NCBI GenBank assembly: GCA_027013575.1
Contig: JALWGN010000122.1
Coordinates: forward strand, 378-64,377
DNA: 64,000 bases
Origin: Desulfurobacteriaceae bacterium
Lineage (GTDB): Bacteria > Aquificota > Aquificia > Desulfurobacteriales > Desulfurobacteriaceae
Reading direction: 5' to 3'
The position numbers and the translations under genes are program-made. Shown in pieces: positions 8,687-18,004 of this stretch; within the stretch, counting starts at the first letter, position 1; the number at the start of each line of letters is the position of its first letter. Under the pieces are notes generated by a model, which was not told the origin of the DNA, ran no database searches, and was given only the letters and a program-made list of their open reading frames with translations.

Positions 8687-9953
8687 TCGTCTCGTCCCTC
8701 TGGGGCCCCGTTGATACCATCGGAACGGGAACGCCGAGGTAGTCTTCAATAAACCTTATAAAGTTCTGAGCCTCTTTCGGCAGGTCTTCCCACCTCTTAA
8801 CGTGGGTGGTCTCACTCTTCCAGCCCGGCAGCGTCTCGTAGATAGGCTTAACCCGGGAGAGCTCCTTGGCCGTTGACGGGAAGTAGTCTATCACCTCTCC
8901 GTCAAGCTCGTAGCCAACGCACACCTTTATCTCGTCAAAGGCGTCTAAAACGTCAAGCTTCGTGATAACAACGCCGTCAAGGTCGTTCACCATAACGGAG
9001 AACTTAACGGCAAACAGGTCTAACCAGCCGCAGCGCCTTGGCCTTCCGGTTGTTGAGCCGTACTCGTGGCCGCGGGCACGGAGGAGCTCCCCAACGCTGT
9101 CTTTAAGCTCCGTCGGGAAAGGACCTCCTCCAACCCTCGTTGTGTAGGCCTTTGCTATACCGTAAATCTTCTCAACCTTTTTTGGGCTTACCCCCGTTCC
9201 CGCAGGAATTCCAAGAGCAGAAGAGTTTGAAGAAGTAACGAACGGGTAAGTTCCAACGTCTATGTCAAGGAGCGTTGCCTGAGCTCCTTCAAATAGAACC
9301 CTCTCTCCTCCGTCAATTGCCCTATTTAAAAGGGAAACGGTGTCGCAGACGTAGTCTGCAACCTTCTCGTAAACCCTCATTGTGTGGGAGAAGATCTCGT
9401 CAAAGTTAAAGGAAACCGGGTAGTTATAGACGTGCTTCAGCGTGAGCTCCTTCTCCCTCAGGTTCCACCGGAGCTTCTCTTTAAAGGTCTCCTCGTCCTT
9501 CAGGTCTGCAATCCTTATTCCAACCCTGCCAGCTTTATCCCTGTATGCCGGCCCGATACCTTTCAGAGTGGTTCCAATTGAATCGTTTCCCTTCAGCTTC
9601 TCAGAGGCCGCGTCAAGCTCCTTGTGGTAAGGAAAGATAACGTGAGCCCTCTCGCTTACAAATATCCTCCCCTCTGGGTTCTTCCCGACCCTCTTTATAA
9701 ACTCAACCTCGTTCCAGAGGGACTCAAGGTCTATAACCATTCCGTTCCCGAGAACGCACTTCTTCCCGTCGTGGAGAATTCCTGAAGGGAGCAGGTGTAA
9801 AACGTACTTGGTTCCGTTAATAACAACCGTGTGGCCTGCGTTGTTCCCTCCCTGATACCTCACAATGTAGTCGGCCTTCTCAGAGAGAATGTCAACGATC
9901 TTCCCTTTTCCTTCGTCTCCCCACTGGGTTCCAACTATGGCAAGCGTGGCCAT
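8664..9953 (-). CDS. purA: Adenylosuccinate synthase
   Basis: 429 aa with QWGDEGKGK P-loop, GGNNAGHT and GTTLKGIGPAY motifs. Confidence 0.95.
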   Translation of the reverse strand: MATLAIVGTQWGDEGKGKIVDILSEKADYIVRYQGGNNAGHTVVINGTKYVLHLLPSGILHDGKKCVLGNGMVIDLESLWNEVEFIKRVGKNPEGRIFVSERAHVIFPYHKELDAASEKLKGNDSIGTTLKGIGPAYRDKAGRVGIRIADLKDEETFKEKLRWNLREKELTLKHVYNYPVSFNFDEIFSHTMRVYEKVADYVCDTVSLLNRAIDGGERVLFEGAQATLLDIDVGTYPFVTSSNSSALGIPAGTGVSPKKVEKIYGIAKAYTTRVGGGPFPTELKDSVGELLRARGHEYGSTTGRPRRCGWLDLFAVKFSVMVNDLDGVVITKLDVLDAFDEIKVCVGYELDGEVIDYFPSTAKELSRVKPIYETLPGWKSETTHVKRWEDLPKEAQNFIRFIEDYLGVPVPMVSTGPQRDETITCCELW

Positions 9954-9989
9954 TAAACGCCTCCGTCTTAAATTAGCGGCAGAATGATA

Positions 9990-11246
9990 CTACATACGGG
10001 AAATAAACCTTAAAACAGACTCCACCACGTCCCCCTCCAGTTTAAAAAAGCCTTCTGGAGAAGTAAATAGGAGGTTTTTTGGCTCCTCTTTCCTGTTAAG
10101 AACCAGAACGAACTCGTAACCCTTCCTAAAGGCAACCTCTATGGAATCCTGGTAGTCTCTCTGGACTATATCTCTTGCTAAGGAGAACCCCTTCTTTCGG
10201 AGCTCCCTGGCCACCTCGTAGGCAAGGTGCTTTTCAGAGCTCAGGTCTATTATGTAAAAGTCCTTCTTGCCTGAAACTTTTAAGAGCCCTTTCTTCTCAA
10301 GGAGCTCCTCTAAAGCATCAACGCTGAGTGCTATTCCGGTTGCAGGGAGCTCCCGCCCGAACTTCCCCGTCAGCTGGTCGTACCTTCCTCCCATTCCAAG
10401 GGAAAAACCGTAGAGAGGGTGGAAAACCTCGTAGGTTATCCCCGTGTGGTACTCCATTCCCCTCTTTTCAGAGAGGTCAAATATCACCCTCTCTTCAAAG
10501 CCGTAGCTTTTCAGGATACTGTAAACGCTCTTTAGCTCGTTAAGGGCTTTTGCCGATTTCTCATTTTTAAACAGTTCTCCTGCTCTCTCTAAAACGTCCT
10601 CCTTCCCGTAGAGCTCCAGAAGTGAAAAGAGCTTCTCTCTCCTCTTTCCAGATATCCCCTCCTCTTCTGAGAAGAGCTCAATTCCAGAGAAATCTTTGTG
10701 TTTCAACAGGTTAAGGAGTTTACCTCTGTTCTTAACGCCAAGCTCCTCAACAACTCCCTCTAAGAACTCTGTGTGGCCAATGTCTATCTGGAATGACTTT
10801 AAACCGAGCTCCTTTAGAACGTTTGCAACGACCGAGATAACCTCTGCGTCTGCCTCCACCTCTTTAACGCCAAGGAGTTCTATGCCGAACTGGTAGGTCT
10901 CCCTGTCTCCGTCCCTGTCCCTGAAGACCTTTCCGCTGTAGTAGAACCGAAAGGGAGGCTCCTCGTCCTTGAAAGACGACGCAACGATCCTTGCAACCTG
11001 AGGGGTAAAGTCGGGGCGAACGGCCATAAGCCTTCCTGTAAACCTGTCAACGAGTTTAAAGGCAAACTCCTCTGTACTCCTATCAACTGCGGTAAAGAGC
11101 TCCAAAAACTCAATTGTAGGAGGGGAGATAGGGTCGTACCCCCACCTCTCAACAACTCTCCTTACCTTCTTTAGAACCTCCTCTCTCCTTCTGACCTCCC
11201 CGGGAAGAAGGCTCTTAAAACCCTTTGGAATCTCTGTCAACCTCAT
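9990..11246 (-). CDS. hisZ: ATP phosphoribosyltransferase regulatory subunit HisZ (HisRS paralogue)
   Basis: 418 aa with a class II aaRS-like core (MAVRPDFTPQVARI, FRFYYSGKVFRD, YQFGIELLG). It lacks the HisRS catalytic RYERPQ-type motif. Confidence 0.7.
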   Translation of the reverse strand: MRLTEIPKGFKSLLPGEVRRREEVLKKVRRVVERWGYDPISPPTIEFLELFTAVDRSTEEFAFKLVDRFTGRLMAVRPDFTPQVARIVASSFKDEEPPFRFYYSGKVFRDRDGDRETYQFGIELLGVKEVEADAEVISVVANVLKELGLKSFQIDIGHTEFLEGVVEELGVKNRGKLLNLLKHKDFSGIELFSEEEGISGKRREKLFSLLELYGKEDVLERAGELFKNEKSAKALNELKSVYSILKSYGFEERVIFDLSEKRGMEYHTGITYEVFHPLYGFSLGMGGRYDQLTGKFGRELPATGIALSVDALEELLEKKGLLKVSGKKDFYIIDLSSEKHLAYEVARELRKKGFSLARDIVQRDYQDSIEVAFRKGYEFVLVLNRKEEPKNLLFTSPEGFFKLEGDVVESVLRFISRM

Positions 11247-11248
11247 AA

Positions 11249-12310
11249 CTAAAACCCTAACTGTTTAACTATCTCGTCCTTATCTGCCGGAAGTGTTATC
11301 GGCTTAACCCCCATAGAGATTGCAGTATCGGGGTCTTTTAGTCCGTGTCCTGTTAAAGTGCAGACGATAACGTCTCCCTTCTCAAACATTCCCTTCTCGC
11401 GAACGCTCTTTATAACGCCGGCAATTGAGGCGGCAGAAGCAGGCTCACAGAATATCCCTTCAGTCCTTGCAACCAGCCTGTATGCCTCAAGTATCTCCTC
11501 GTCTGTAACCATGTCTATAAAGCCGCCAGATTCTCTGGCTGCGTTTACGGCACCTTCCCAGCTTGCAGGATTTCCGATTCTTATTGCAGTTGCAATGGTT
11601 TCAGGGTTCTTAACAGGGTGGCCTAAAACTATGGGAGCGGCTCCGGCAGCCTGCCAGCCGCACATCTTCGGCCTCGTATCAACCTTCCCAGCCTCGTAAT
11701 ACTCCCTGTACCCCATCCAGTAGGCGGTTATGTTCCCGGCGTTTCCAACGGGAATGTAGTGGTAGTCTGGAGCTCTCCCAAGCTGCTCGCAGACTTCAAA
11801 GGCGGCAGTCTTCTGCCCCTGAAGCCTGTAAGGGTTTATTGAGTTAACGATGGTTATCGGGTACTCGGCTCCTATCTCCCTTACGATCTCAAGTGCGTCG
11901 TCAAAGTTCCCCCTTATCTGAACGACCTCAGCTCCGTACATAACTGCCTGTGAGAGTTTCCCGAGGGCTATTTTCCCTTCCGGAATGAGAACGACAGCCT
12001 TCAGGCCGGCCTTTGCGGCGTAGGCTGCGGCAGAAGCAGAAGTGTTACCTGTAGATGCGCATATAACGGCCTTAGCTCCCTCCTCAACGGCCTTTGAAAC
12101 GGCCATCGTCATTCCCCTGTCTTTAAAGGAGCCTGTTGGGTTTAAACCCTCAAACTTGAGGTAGAGCTCTATCCCCGGCTTAATCTCTTTTGCGAGGTTG
12201 TCTGCCTTTATAAGGGGAGTGTTTCCCTCTAAAAGTGTAATTACGGGAGTTTTATCTGAAACAGGCAGGAACTCCCTGAACTCCTCTATTACGCCTCTCC
12301 ACCTTTCCAT
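11249..12310 (-). CDS. thrC: Threonine synthase
   Basis: 353 aa. PLP-lysine motif [10 protein letters not shown] and the GNAGN glycine loop. Confidence 0.9.
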   Translation of the reverse strand: MERWRGVIEEFREFLPVSDKTPVITLLEGNTPLIKADNLAKEIKPGIELYLKFEGLNPTGSFKDRGMTMAVSKAVEEGAKAVICASTGNTSASAAAYAAKAGLKAVVLIPEGKIALGKLSQAVMYGAEVVQIRGNFDDALEIVREIGAEYPITIVNSINPYRLQGQKTAAFEVCEQLGRAPDYHYIPVGNAGNITAYWMGYREYYEAGKVDTRPKMCGWQAAGAAPIVLGHPVKNPETIATAIRIGNPASWEGAVNAARESGGFIDMVTDEEILEAYRLVARTEGIFCEPASAASIAGVIKSVREKGMFEKGDVIVCTLTGHGLKDPDTAISMGVKPITLPADKDEIVKQLGF

Positions 12311-12389
12311 ATAAAATACCTCCGGAAAAACAGATAAAATACGGATTAGGAATTATACTTTCTGCCGTTTCTCAACCAGGCACGGAGGA

Positions 12390-13265
12390 GTGATGTTTGA
12401 GGGAATCTACGTTGCCATCCCGACGCCCTTTAAAAACGGAAAAGTTGACACGGAAGCGCTCAAGAACCACATAGAGTTCCTCATTGAAAACGGAGTTGAC
12501 GGAATCGTCCCCTGTGGAACAACCGGGGAGAGCGCAACGCTCTCATACGAGGAGCACGAGGAGGTTATAGCTCTAACAATTGAGCAGGCAAAAGGCAGGG
12601 TTAAGGTAATTGCAGGAACGGGTTCAAACTCAACGGCAGAGGCCATAAGGCTCACAAAGTTTGCAGAGGAAGTTAAGGCAGACGGAGCTCTCCTCATAAC
12701 CCCCTACTACAACAAGCCAAACCAGGAGGGACTCTACCTCCACTTTAAGGCCGTTGCTGAGGCCGTCTCAATCCCGATAGTCCTCTACAACGTTCCCGGC
12801 AGAACCGGAGTAAACATGCTCCCCGAAACCGTTGCAAGGCTCTCTGAGATTGACAACATCGTTGCGATAAAGGAGGCAACGGGAAGTACCAACGTTGCAA
12901 CCGAGATTATCAACCTGTGCGGCGATAAAATGGAAGTCCTCTCAGGAGACGACCTCACCTTCTTCCCCCTCCTCTCTGTTGGAGCAAAGGGAATAATTTC
13001 GGTTACTGCAAACGTCGTTCCGGATAAAATGGCAGAGATGTACGGAGCTTTCACATCGGGAGACTTCCAGAGAGCAGCCCAAATTCACAGGGAGCTCTAC
13101 CCCCTCTCAAAAGTCCTCTTTATAGATACAAACCCGATACCCGTTAAAACAGCCCTTGCCATGATGGGAAGAATGGAAAAAGAGTTCAGGCTCCCTCTGT
13201 GCCCGACAACCCCTGAAAAAGAGGCAGTAATTGAGAAAACCCTAAAAGAGTTTGGAGTTCTGTAA
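12390..13265 (+). CDS. dapA: 4-hydroxy-tetrahydrodipicolinate synthase
   Basis: 291 aa with GTTGES, YNKP and IVAIKEA (Schiff-base Lys) motifs. ATG at 12393 is an equally possible start. Confidence 0.95.
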   Translation: MMFEGIYVAIPTPFKNGKVDTEALKNHIEFLIENGVDGIVPCGTTGESATLSYEEHEEVIALTIEQAKGRVKVIAGTGSNSTAEAIRLTKFAEEVKADGALLITPYYNKPNQEGLYLHFKAVAEAVSIPIVLYNVPGRTGVNMLPETVARLSEIDNIVAIKEATGSTNVATEIINLCGDKMEVLSGDDLTFFPLLSVGAKGIISVTANVVPDKMAEMYGAFTSGDFQRAAQIHRELYPLSKVLFIDTNPIPVKTALAMMGRMEKEFRLPLCPTTPEKEAVIEKTLKEFGVL

Positions 13266-14290
13266 TGCACTTAGGTGTTGACTACAGGGATTTAGAGAGA
13301 CTTTTAGACTACTTTGAGATAAGGGAAAAGGACGTAAAGAACCTGCGGTTTCTGGGGAACATCCTCCTTCCCTACAAGGAGGAGTTTGCAGAGGCCTTCT
13401 ACGACAACTTAATGAAGTTTGAGGACATAAAGGAGTACATACCTGAAAATAAACTTCAGAGGCTAAAACAGACAATTCAGGAGTGGTACGAAAAGCTCTT
13501 TTCAGGCAGATACGATTCAGAGTATCTCCTCTACCTGCTGAAAATTGCAAAAGTCCACGTTGACGAGGGTATTCCTCCCCACTACATCATCGTTGCAATG
13601 AACTTCGTCAGCCGTTTCTGCAGCAGGAGGATTGCCCAGTTCTTCTCAGAAAAGGCGAGAATCTTTATTGAGGAGATAAAGAGAGAACAGGAAAAGGTGT
13701 GCGACCCCTCAAAACTTGAAGTGGTAGAGGGTTTCGTCTTAGACGAGGTTTTTGAAAGGTTTGAAGACCTTAACAGGTCTTTAAGGAAGATACTGGCCTT
13801 AAACGAAGACGTTCTCATCTCCTACTACGTTGACGTGGAGCTCCGCACCTTCTTTGAAGCCGGAAGACTGGAAAGGCTCGCCATCAGGTTCAGCAAGAAG
13901 TTTGCTGTATTTATGGACATAGCAATCCTGATAGGCCTTATGTTCCTTGCGGTCTTCGTTATCTTCCTCTTCGGTTCAGACATCTCACACTTCTTCCACG
14001 GAGACCTTGCCCACGGCCTCATTGCAGCCCTCGGAGACCTCCTGATACTCTGGACGGTCTTAGAGCTCCTCAACAGCGAAATCAAGTTTATGCTGGGTGG
14101 AGAGCTTGCAGTATCGGCGTTTGTCAGCGTTGCGCTGGCTGCAACCATCAGGGAAGCCCTTGTTGTCTCACTCGAACACGGAAAGCCGATAGAGTTTAAG
14201 CTCGGAATCGGAGCTCTCATACTCATCCTAGGCATAGTTTACGGCATCGTTAAGTGGTTTGAGATAAAACAGAAGAAAAAGCTCAGTTAG
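13265..14290 (+). CDS. Globin-coupled-sensor (protoglobin-like) domain fused to a 4-TM PsiE-like membrane domain
   Basis: N-terminal 160 aa carry FEIREKDVKNL ... EEFAEAFYDNL ... IAKVHVDEGIPPHYIIVAMNF. This matches the sensor-globin signature I[GA]xxHxxxG[LI]xPxxY, including the proximal His. The C-terminal 130 aa contain 4 hydrophobic helices with a PsiE-like LILWTVLELLNSEI segment. The start overlaps the dapA stop (TAATG). Confidence 0.6.
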   Translation: MHLGVDYRDLERLLDYFEIREKDVKNLRFLGNILLPYKEEFAEAFYDNLMKFEDIKEYIPENKLQRLKQTIQEWYEKLFSGRYDSEYLLYLLKIAKVHVDEGIPPHYIIVAMNFVSRFCSRRIAQFFSEKARIFIEEIKREQEKVCDPSKLEVVEGFVLDEVFERFEDLNRSLRKILALNEDVLISYYVDVELRTFFEAGRLERLAIRFSKKFAVFMDIAILIGLMFLAVFVIFLFGSDISHFFHGDLAHGLIAALGDLLILWTVLELLNSEIKFMLGGELAVSAFVSVALAATIREALVVSLEHGKPIEFKLGIGALILILGIVYGIVKWFEIKQKKKLS

Positions 14291-14299
14291 GAGTAGGAC

Positions 14300-15082
14300 A
14301 TGGTTAAGCTTGCAGTAACAGGCGCAGCCGGAAGAATGGGTTCACTAATAGGGAAATTAGCCCTTGAGGATAAAGAGCTTAAACTGGTTGGAGTTACAGA
14401 AAGGCCAGACTCAGACCTGATAGGAGAGGAGTTTGCCCCCGGAGTAAAGTTTTACCCTTCAATCTCCGAAATTCCAGAAAAACCGGACGTAGTAATTGAC
14501 TTCACAACACCTGAGGCAACGGAGAAACTCCTCAAAGAGGCAAAGGAGCTAAAAGTGGCCTTAGTTATCGGAACAACAGGCCTTACGGAGGAGCAGAAGA
14601 AACTGATAGAGGAAACGGCAAAAGAAGTTCCGATAGTATTCTCTCCGAACATGAGCCTTGGGGTAAACCTCCTGTTTAAGTTGGTTGAGGAGGCAGCAAA
14701 GGCATTAAAGGACAAAGGCTACGACGTTGAAATATTTGAGATTCACCACAGGTTTAAGAAAGACGCCCCTTCTGGAACGGCCGTAAAGCTTGCAGAGATA
14801 GTTGCAGACGTTTTAGGAGTTGACCTTGAAAAGTCTGCCGTTTACGGAAGAAAGGGAATAGTAGGAGAGAGAAAACCCGACGAGATTGGAGTCCTCTCTG
14901 CCAGGATGGGAGACGTTGTAGGAGACCACACAGTTTTCTTTGCAACCCTCGGAGAGAGAATAGAGCTTACCCACAGAGCCACGAGCAGGGAGACTTTTGC
15001 AAGGGGAGCTCTCACCGCCGCAAAGTGGGTTGCCGATAAAGAGGCCGGCCTCTACACAATGTTTGACGTTTTAGGGATTTAA
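14300..15082 (+). CDS. dapB: 4-hydroxy-tetrahydrodipicolinate reductase
   Basis: 260 aa. N-terminal GAAGRMG dinucleotide fold and EIHHRFKKDAPSGTA motif. Confidence 0.95.
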   Translation: MVKLAVTGAAGRMGSLIGKLALEDKELKLVGVTERPDSDLIGEEFAPGVKFYPSISEIPEKPDVVIDFTTPEATEKLLKEAKELKVALVIGTTGLTEEQKKLIEETAKEVPIVFSPNMSLGVNLLFKLVEEAAKALKDKGYDVEIFEIHHRFKKDAPSGTAVKLAEIVADVLGVDLEKSAVYGRKGIVGERKPDEIGVLSARMGDVVGDHTVFFATLGERIELTHRATSRETFARGALTAAKWVADKEAGLYTMFDVLGI

Positions 15083-15319
15083 ATGAAAGAGGCTCTCAAA
15101 GAGGAGATAGGAGTCTGGAAAGAGAACTTAAAGGCGGTAATCTACCTTACCGTTCTGGATATATCGGCAACTGTAACCCATATTTATAAGCAGGGTCTTT
15201 TCAACCTGTGGAGTTTCGTTGGCATCTTCTCAATTGGAGTGCTTCTTATCATCTACGGAGCAGTCTGGCTGAAGATATCCAGACTGATTAAACGGCTCAG
15301 CGAGGTAGAGAATGGCTGA
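15083..15319 (+). CDS. Small membrane protein (2 TM), hypothetical
   Basis: 78-aa ORF starting directly after the dapB stop (TAAATG). Hydrophobic segments AVIYLTVLDISATV and FVGIFSIGVLLIIYGAVWL. Confidence 0.4.
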   Translation: MKEALKEEIGVWKENLKAVIYLTVLDISATVTHIYKQGLFNLWSFVGIFSIGVLLIIYGAVWLKISRLIKRLSEVENG

Positions 15320-15404
15320 CATCCTGGGAGTTCTCCTGATACTCCTTATGCTCTTAGCTCTGTTTATTTTTATGCTAAAGACAGATCCACTTGCTGAAAA
15401 GTAA
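15312..15404 (+). CDS. Candidate 30-aa hydrophobic peptide (MADILGVLLILLMLLALFIFMLKTDPLAEK)
   Basis: Own reading. ATG at 15312 overlaps the stop of the preceding ORF (ATGGCTGA). GAGGT lies 5 nt upstream. It has a single TM helix. It is too short for the ORF track. Confidence 0.3.
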   Translation: MADILGVLLILLMLLALFIFMLKTDPLAEK

Positions 15405-15413
15405 GGAGGAAGC

Positions 15414-16136
15414 GTGTTTGAGGTAATTCCAGCTGTTGATATAAAAGGCGGTAAGTGCGTAAGGCTCTACCAGGGAAGAGCTGATCAGGAAAAGGTCTAT
15501 TACGAAAACCCGGTTGAGGTGGCAAAGAAGTGGGAGGAGATGGGAGCTCCCCGCCTCCACGTTGTTGACCTTGACGGAGCCTTTGAAGGAGTTCCCAAAA
15601 ACCTTCCGATCGTAAAGGAGATCGTTGAGGAGCTCTCTATCCCCGTTCAGTTCGGCGGCGGCGTTAGAACGATGAGAGCCCTGGAAGAGCTCTTTAAGGC
15701 AGGAGTTGACAGGGTAATCCTCGGAACGGTTGTAGTTGAGGAGCCGGAGCTCTTTAAGGAGATGGTAAGAGCCTTCCCCGGGAAGTTAGTCGTTGGAATA
15801 GACGCGAAAAACGGAATAGCAACAACAAAGGGGTGGACTGAGGTTTCAGGAATTCCGGCGGTAGAGCTTGCAAAGAGGAGCAACGACTTAGACATCTGGG
15901 GATTCGTCTATACAGACATTTCAAGGGACGGAACACTTACAAGCCCAAACTTTAAAGAGGTTGAGAGGTTCGCATCAGCCGTTTCCCACCCTGTAATAGC
16001 CTCCGGCGGCGTTGCAAGGGTAGAGGACTTGGTAAAGCTCTCCCAGATTAAAAACGTTGCCGGAGCAATAGTTGGAAAAGCCCTCTACGAGGGAACGGTA
16101 GATCTCAAAGAAGCTCTGGAGCTCCTCAAACCTTGA
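15414..16136 (+). CDS. hisA: 1-(5-phosphoribosyl)-5-[(5-phosphoribosylamino)methylideneamino]imidazole-4-carboxamide isomerase
   Basis: 240 aa. VIPAVDIKGGKCVRL, HVVDLDGA and ASGGV motifs. GTG start follows an AAGGAGGA SD. Confidence 0.9.
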   Translation: MFEVIPAVDIKGGKCVRLYQGRADQEKVYYENPVEVAKKWEEMGAPRLHVVDLDGAFEGVPKNLPIVKEIVEELSIPVQFGGGVRTMRALEELFKAGVDRVILGTVVVEEPELFKEMVRAFPGKLVVGIDAKNGIATTKGWTEVSGIPAVELAKRSNDLDIWGFVYTDISRDGTLTSPNFKEVERFASAVSHPVIASGGVARVEDLVKLSQIKNVAGAIVGKALYEGTVDLKEALELLKP

Positions 16137-17272
16137 AGCTGACACTTGAGAAAGCCTTAAAAGAGATAGAGGGAAACAGGTTCTTTAAAGCCATTGAGGA
16201 GGGAGATTTAGTTAAAGTCTCCTACAGGTTCAACGCCCCGTCCGTTTTTGACACCCCCGTAAAGAGGGAGCTCCGTGGAATTACCTTTAGCCGTAAAACG
16301 GGAGAGGTGGTCTCACGCCCTTTCCACAAGTTCTTCAACGTAGGAGAGCACCAGGAAACCGAAGAAGAGAAACTCTCAAACAGGGAGTTCATAGCCCGTG
16401 AAAAGCTTGACGGAACGATGCTCCACCCCGTCCTCATAAACGGAGAGGTAAAACTCCTGACCCAGAAAGCCTTCAAAAACCCACAGACAGAGAAAGGGGA
16501 GGAGCTCCTCAGGAGAAACGAGAAACTCTACAGAGCTGTAAGGGAGCTCCTCCAGAGAGGCTACACACCGGTATTTGAGCTCATCTCCCCCAAGTTTCAG
16601 TTAGTAATCCCCTACGACAGAGAGGAGCTGATACTGACGGAGCTCCGCCAGAACAGAACCGGCAATTACCTGTTAGAGGAGAGGGAGAACGAGCTGAAAG
16701 AGATGGGATTCAAAACCCCTCCTAAACTTACCGGAAAACTCAACGAGCTAAAGAGAAAAATAGAAAACGCAGAGATGATAGAAGGTTATGTTCTGAAAGA
16801 CCTTACAGTGAAAGAGCCGTTTCCCCTCTTTGCAAAACTCAAGTCCCCGTGGTACCACAGCCACCACTACGCCTTCACCTACCTTCACAACATACCAGAC
16901 CACAAGCTCTTCAACCTATTCCTTCAGGGAAAGGCAGACGACGTTTTCACGGCAGTTTTAAACAGGGAGCTCTGCCAGAAAAAACAGAAAAGGCTGGAAA
17001 AGATGGTCTCCCTCTACAGAACTCTCATTGACACAGCCGAAAAACTATCTAATGTTTACGGGAAACCAGAGTTTGAAGTTAGACTGAAAGAGGAACTCGG
17101 AAAAATAAAGAAAAAATACTCTAAAGACTTCTCACAGCTAAACATCAGAGAGGACTACGTAAAAGAGGCAACAAGAATAGCAAAGAAGAGAGGAAAGTTT
17201 GAAAATTTCCTTGGAACAAAACTCTACACAATGCTCAAAGCAAAAGAGGTAGTATTAAAAGACAACACTTGA
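16133..17272 (+). CDS. ATP-dependent RNA ligase, T4 Rnl1 family
   Basis: 379 aa. It aligns by eye along the whole length with my memory of phage T4 Rnl1 (about 374 aa). The matches are RELRGITF..SRPFHKFFNVGE, motif I EK(91)LDGT, VFELISPKFQLVIPY, motif IV IEGYVLK, motif V AKLKSPWY, and KLFNLFLQGKADD in the C-terminal domain. The TTG start overlaps the hisA stop. Confidence 0.8.
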   Translation: MKLTLEKALKEIEGNRFFKAIEEGDLVKVSYRFNAPSVFDTPVKRELRGITFSRKTGEVVSRPFHKFFNVGEHQETEEEKLSNREFIAREKLDGTMLHPVLINGEVKLLTQKAFKNPQTEKGEELLRRNEKLYRAVRELLQRGYTPVFELISPKFQLVIPYDREELILTELRQNRTGNYLLEERENELKEMGFKTPPKLTGKLNELKRKIENAEMIEGYVLKDLTVKEPFPLFAKLKSPWYHSHHYAFTYLHNIPDHKLFNLFLQGKADDVFTAVLNRELCQKKQKRLEKMVSLYRTLIDTAEKLSNVYGKPEFEVRLKEELGKIKKKYSKDFSQLNIREDYVKEATRIAKKRGKFENFLGTKLYTMLKAKEVVLKDNT

Positions 17273-17326
17273 ACAACAAAAAGAAAAGGATTAAAAATAG
17301 AGGAGAACCGTTTCAGGAGTTAACAA

Positions 17327-17860
17327 TTGGTTCTCTACCCTACGCTGGTTCTTGACAAAACCTACCTGCCGGTCTCTATCTTCTCCCACAAAAAGGCGTT
17401 TCTGTTGGAGCTCCTCAACAAGTGCGAAGTTTTAGAACACTACAAAACGGTCTCTCTCCACTCTCCAAGTAGAGACTACCCTGCACCGCTTGTGATAAGG
17501 ATTCCCGTTCTCATTCGCCACTGGGAGAGCTCCCCAACCCGCAGAGCTATCTTCATAAGGGACAACTTCACCTGTGCCTACTGCGGGAAAACCGTTAAAG
17601 ACAGCGAGGCAACGATTGACCACATACTCCCAAAGAGCAGAGGCGGTAAGTGGCAGTGGGAGAACCTTGTAACCTGCTGTTCCGACTGCAACCAGAGGAA
17701 AGGAAACAGAACGCCAAAAGAGGCCGGGATGGAGCTCCTCTTTAAACCTAAAAAACCCTCTAACTTCCAGATATCGCTCAACAGGTGGAAAAGCAGGTTC
17801 AACGAGGAGTTTCTGGGAGCTCTCTCCCTCTACGGAGTCCGCAACGTAGAGGCTATTTAG
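17327..17860 (+). CDS. HNH endonuclease
   Basis: 177 aa with CAYCG ... DHILPKSRGG ... WENLVTCCSDCNQRKGNRT, a canonical HNH/Zn-finger core. The N-terminal domain starts VLDKTYLPVSI. Confidence 0.8.
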   Translation: MVLYPTLVLDKTYLPVSIFSHKKAFLLELLNKCEVLEHYKTVSLHSPSRDYPAPLVIRIPVLIRHWESSPTRRAIFIRDNFTCAYCGKTVKDSEATIDHILPKSRGGKWQWENLVTCCSDCNQRKGNRTPKEAGMELLFKPKKPSNFQISLNRWKSRFNEEFLGALSLYGVRNVEAI

Positions 17861-18004
17861 TGAGCTTCCCTCAAAGCGGGAATAGCAAGCGCTAAGAGAA
17901 GAACTAAAACTATAAAGAACGCTATCAAAGCCTCAATCATCACTTTCTCACTGATATAAGGTATAATTCCATAGAATCCATAAAATAATATCACGGGGAG
18001 GAAA

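Noticed and set aside
9990-11246. Alternative call as histidyl-tRNA synthetase HisS
   Set aside because: The HisRS-type motif-2 arginine signature and the HisA/HisB histidine-binding boxes are not recognisable. The sequence fits the HisZ paralogue pattern better, although its 418-aa length is HisS-like. An HMM comparison would decide.
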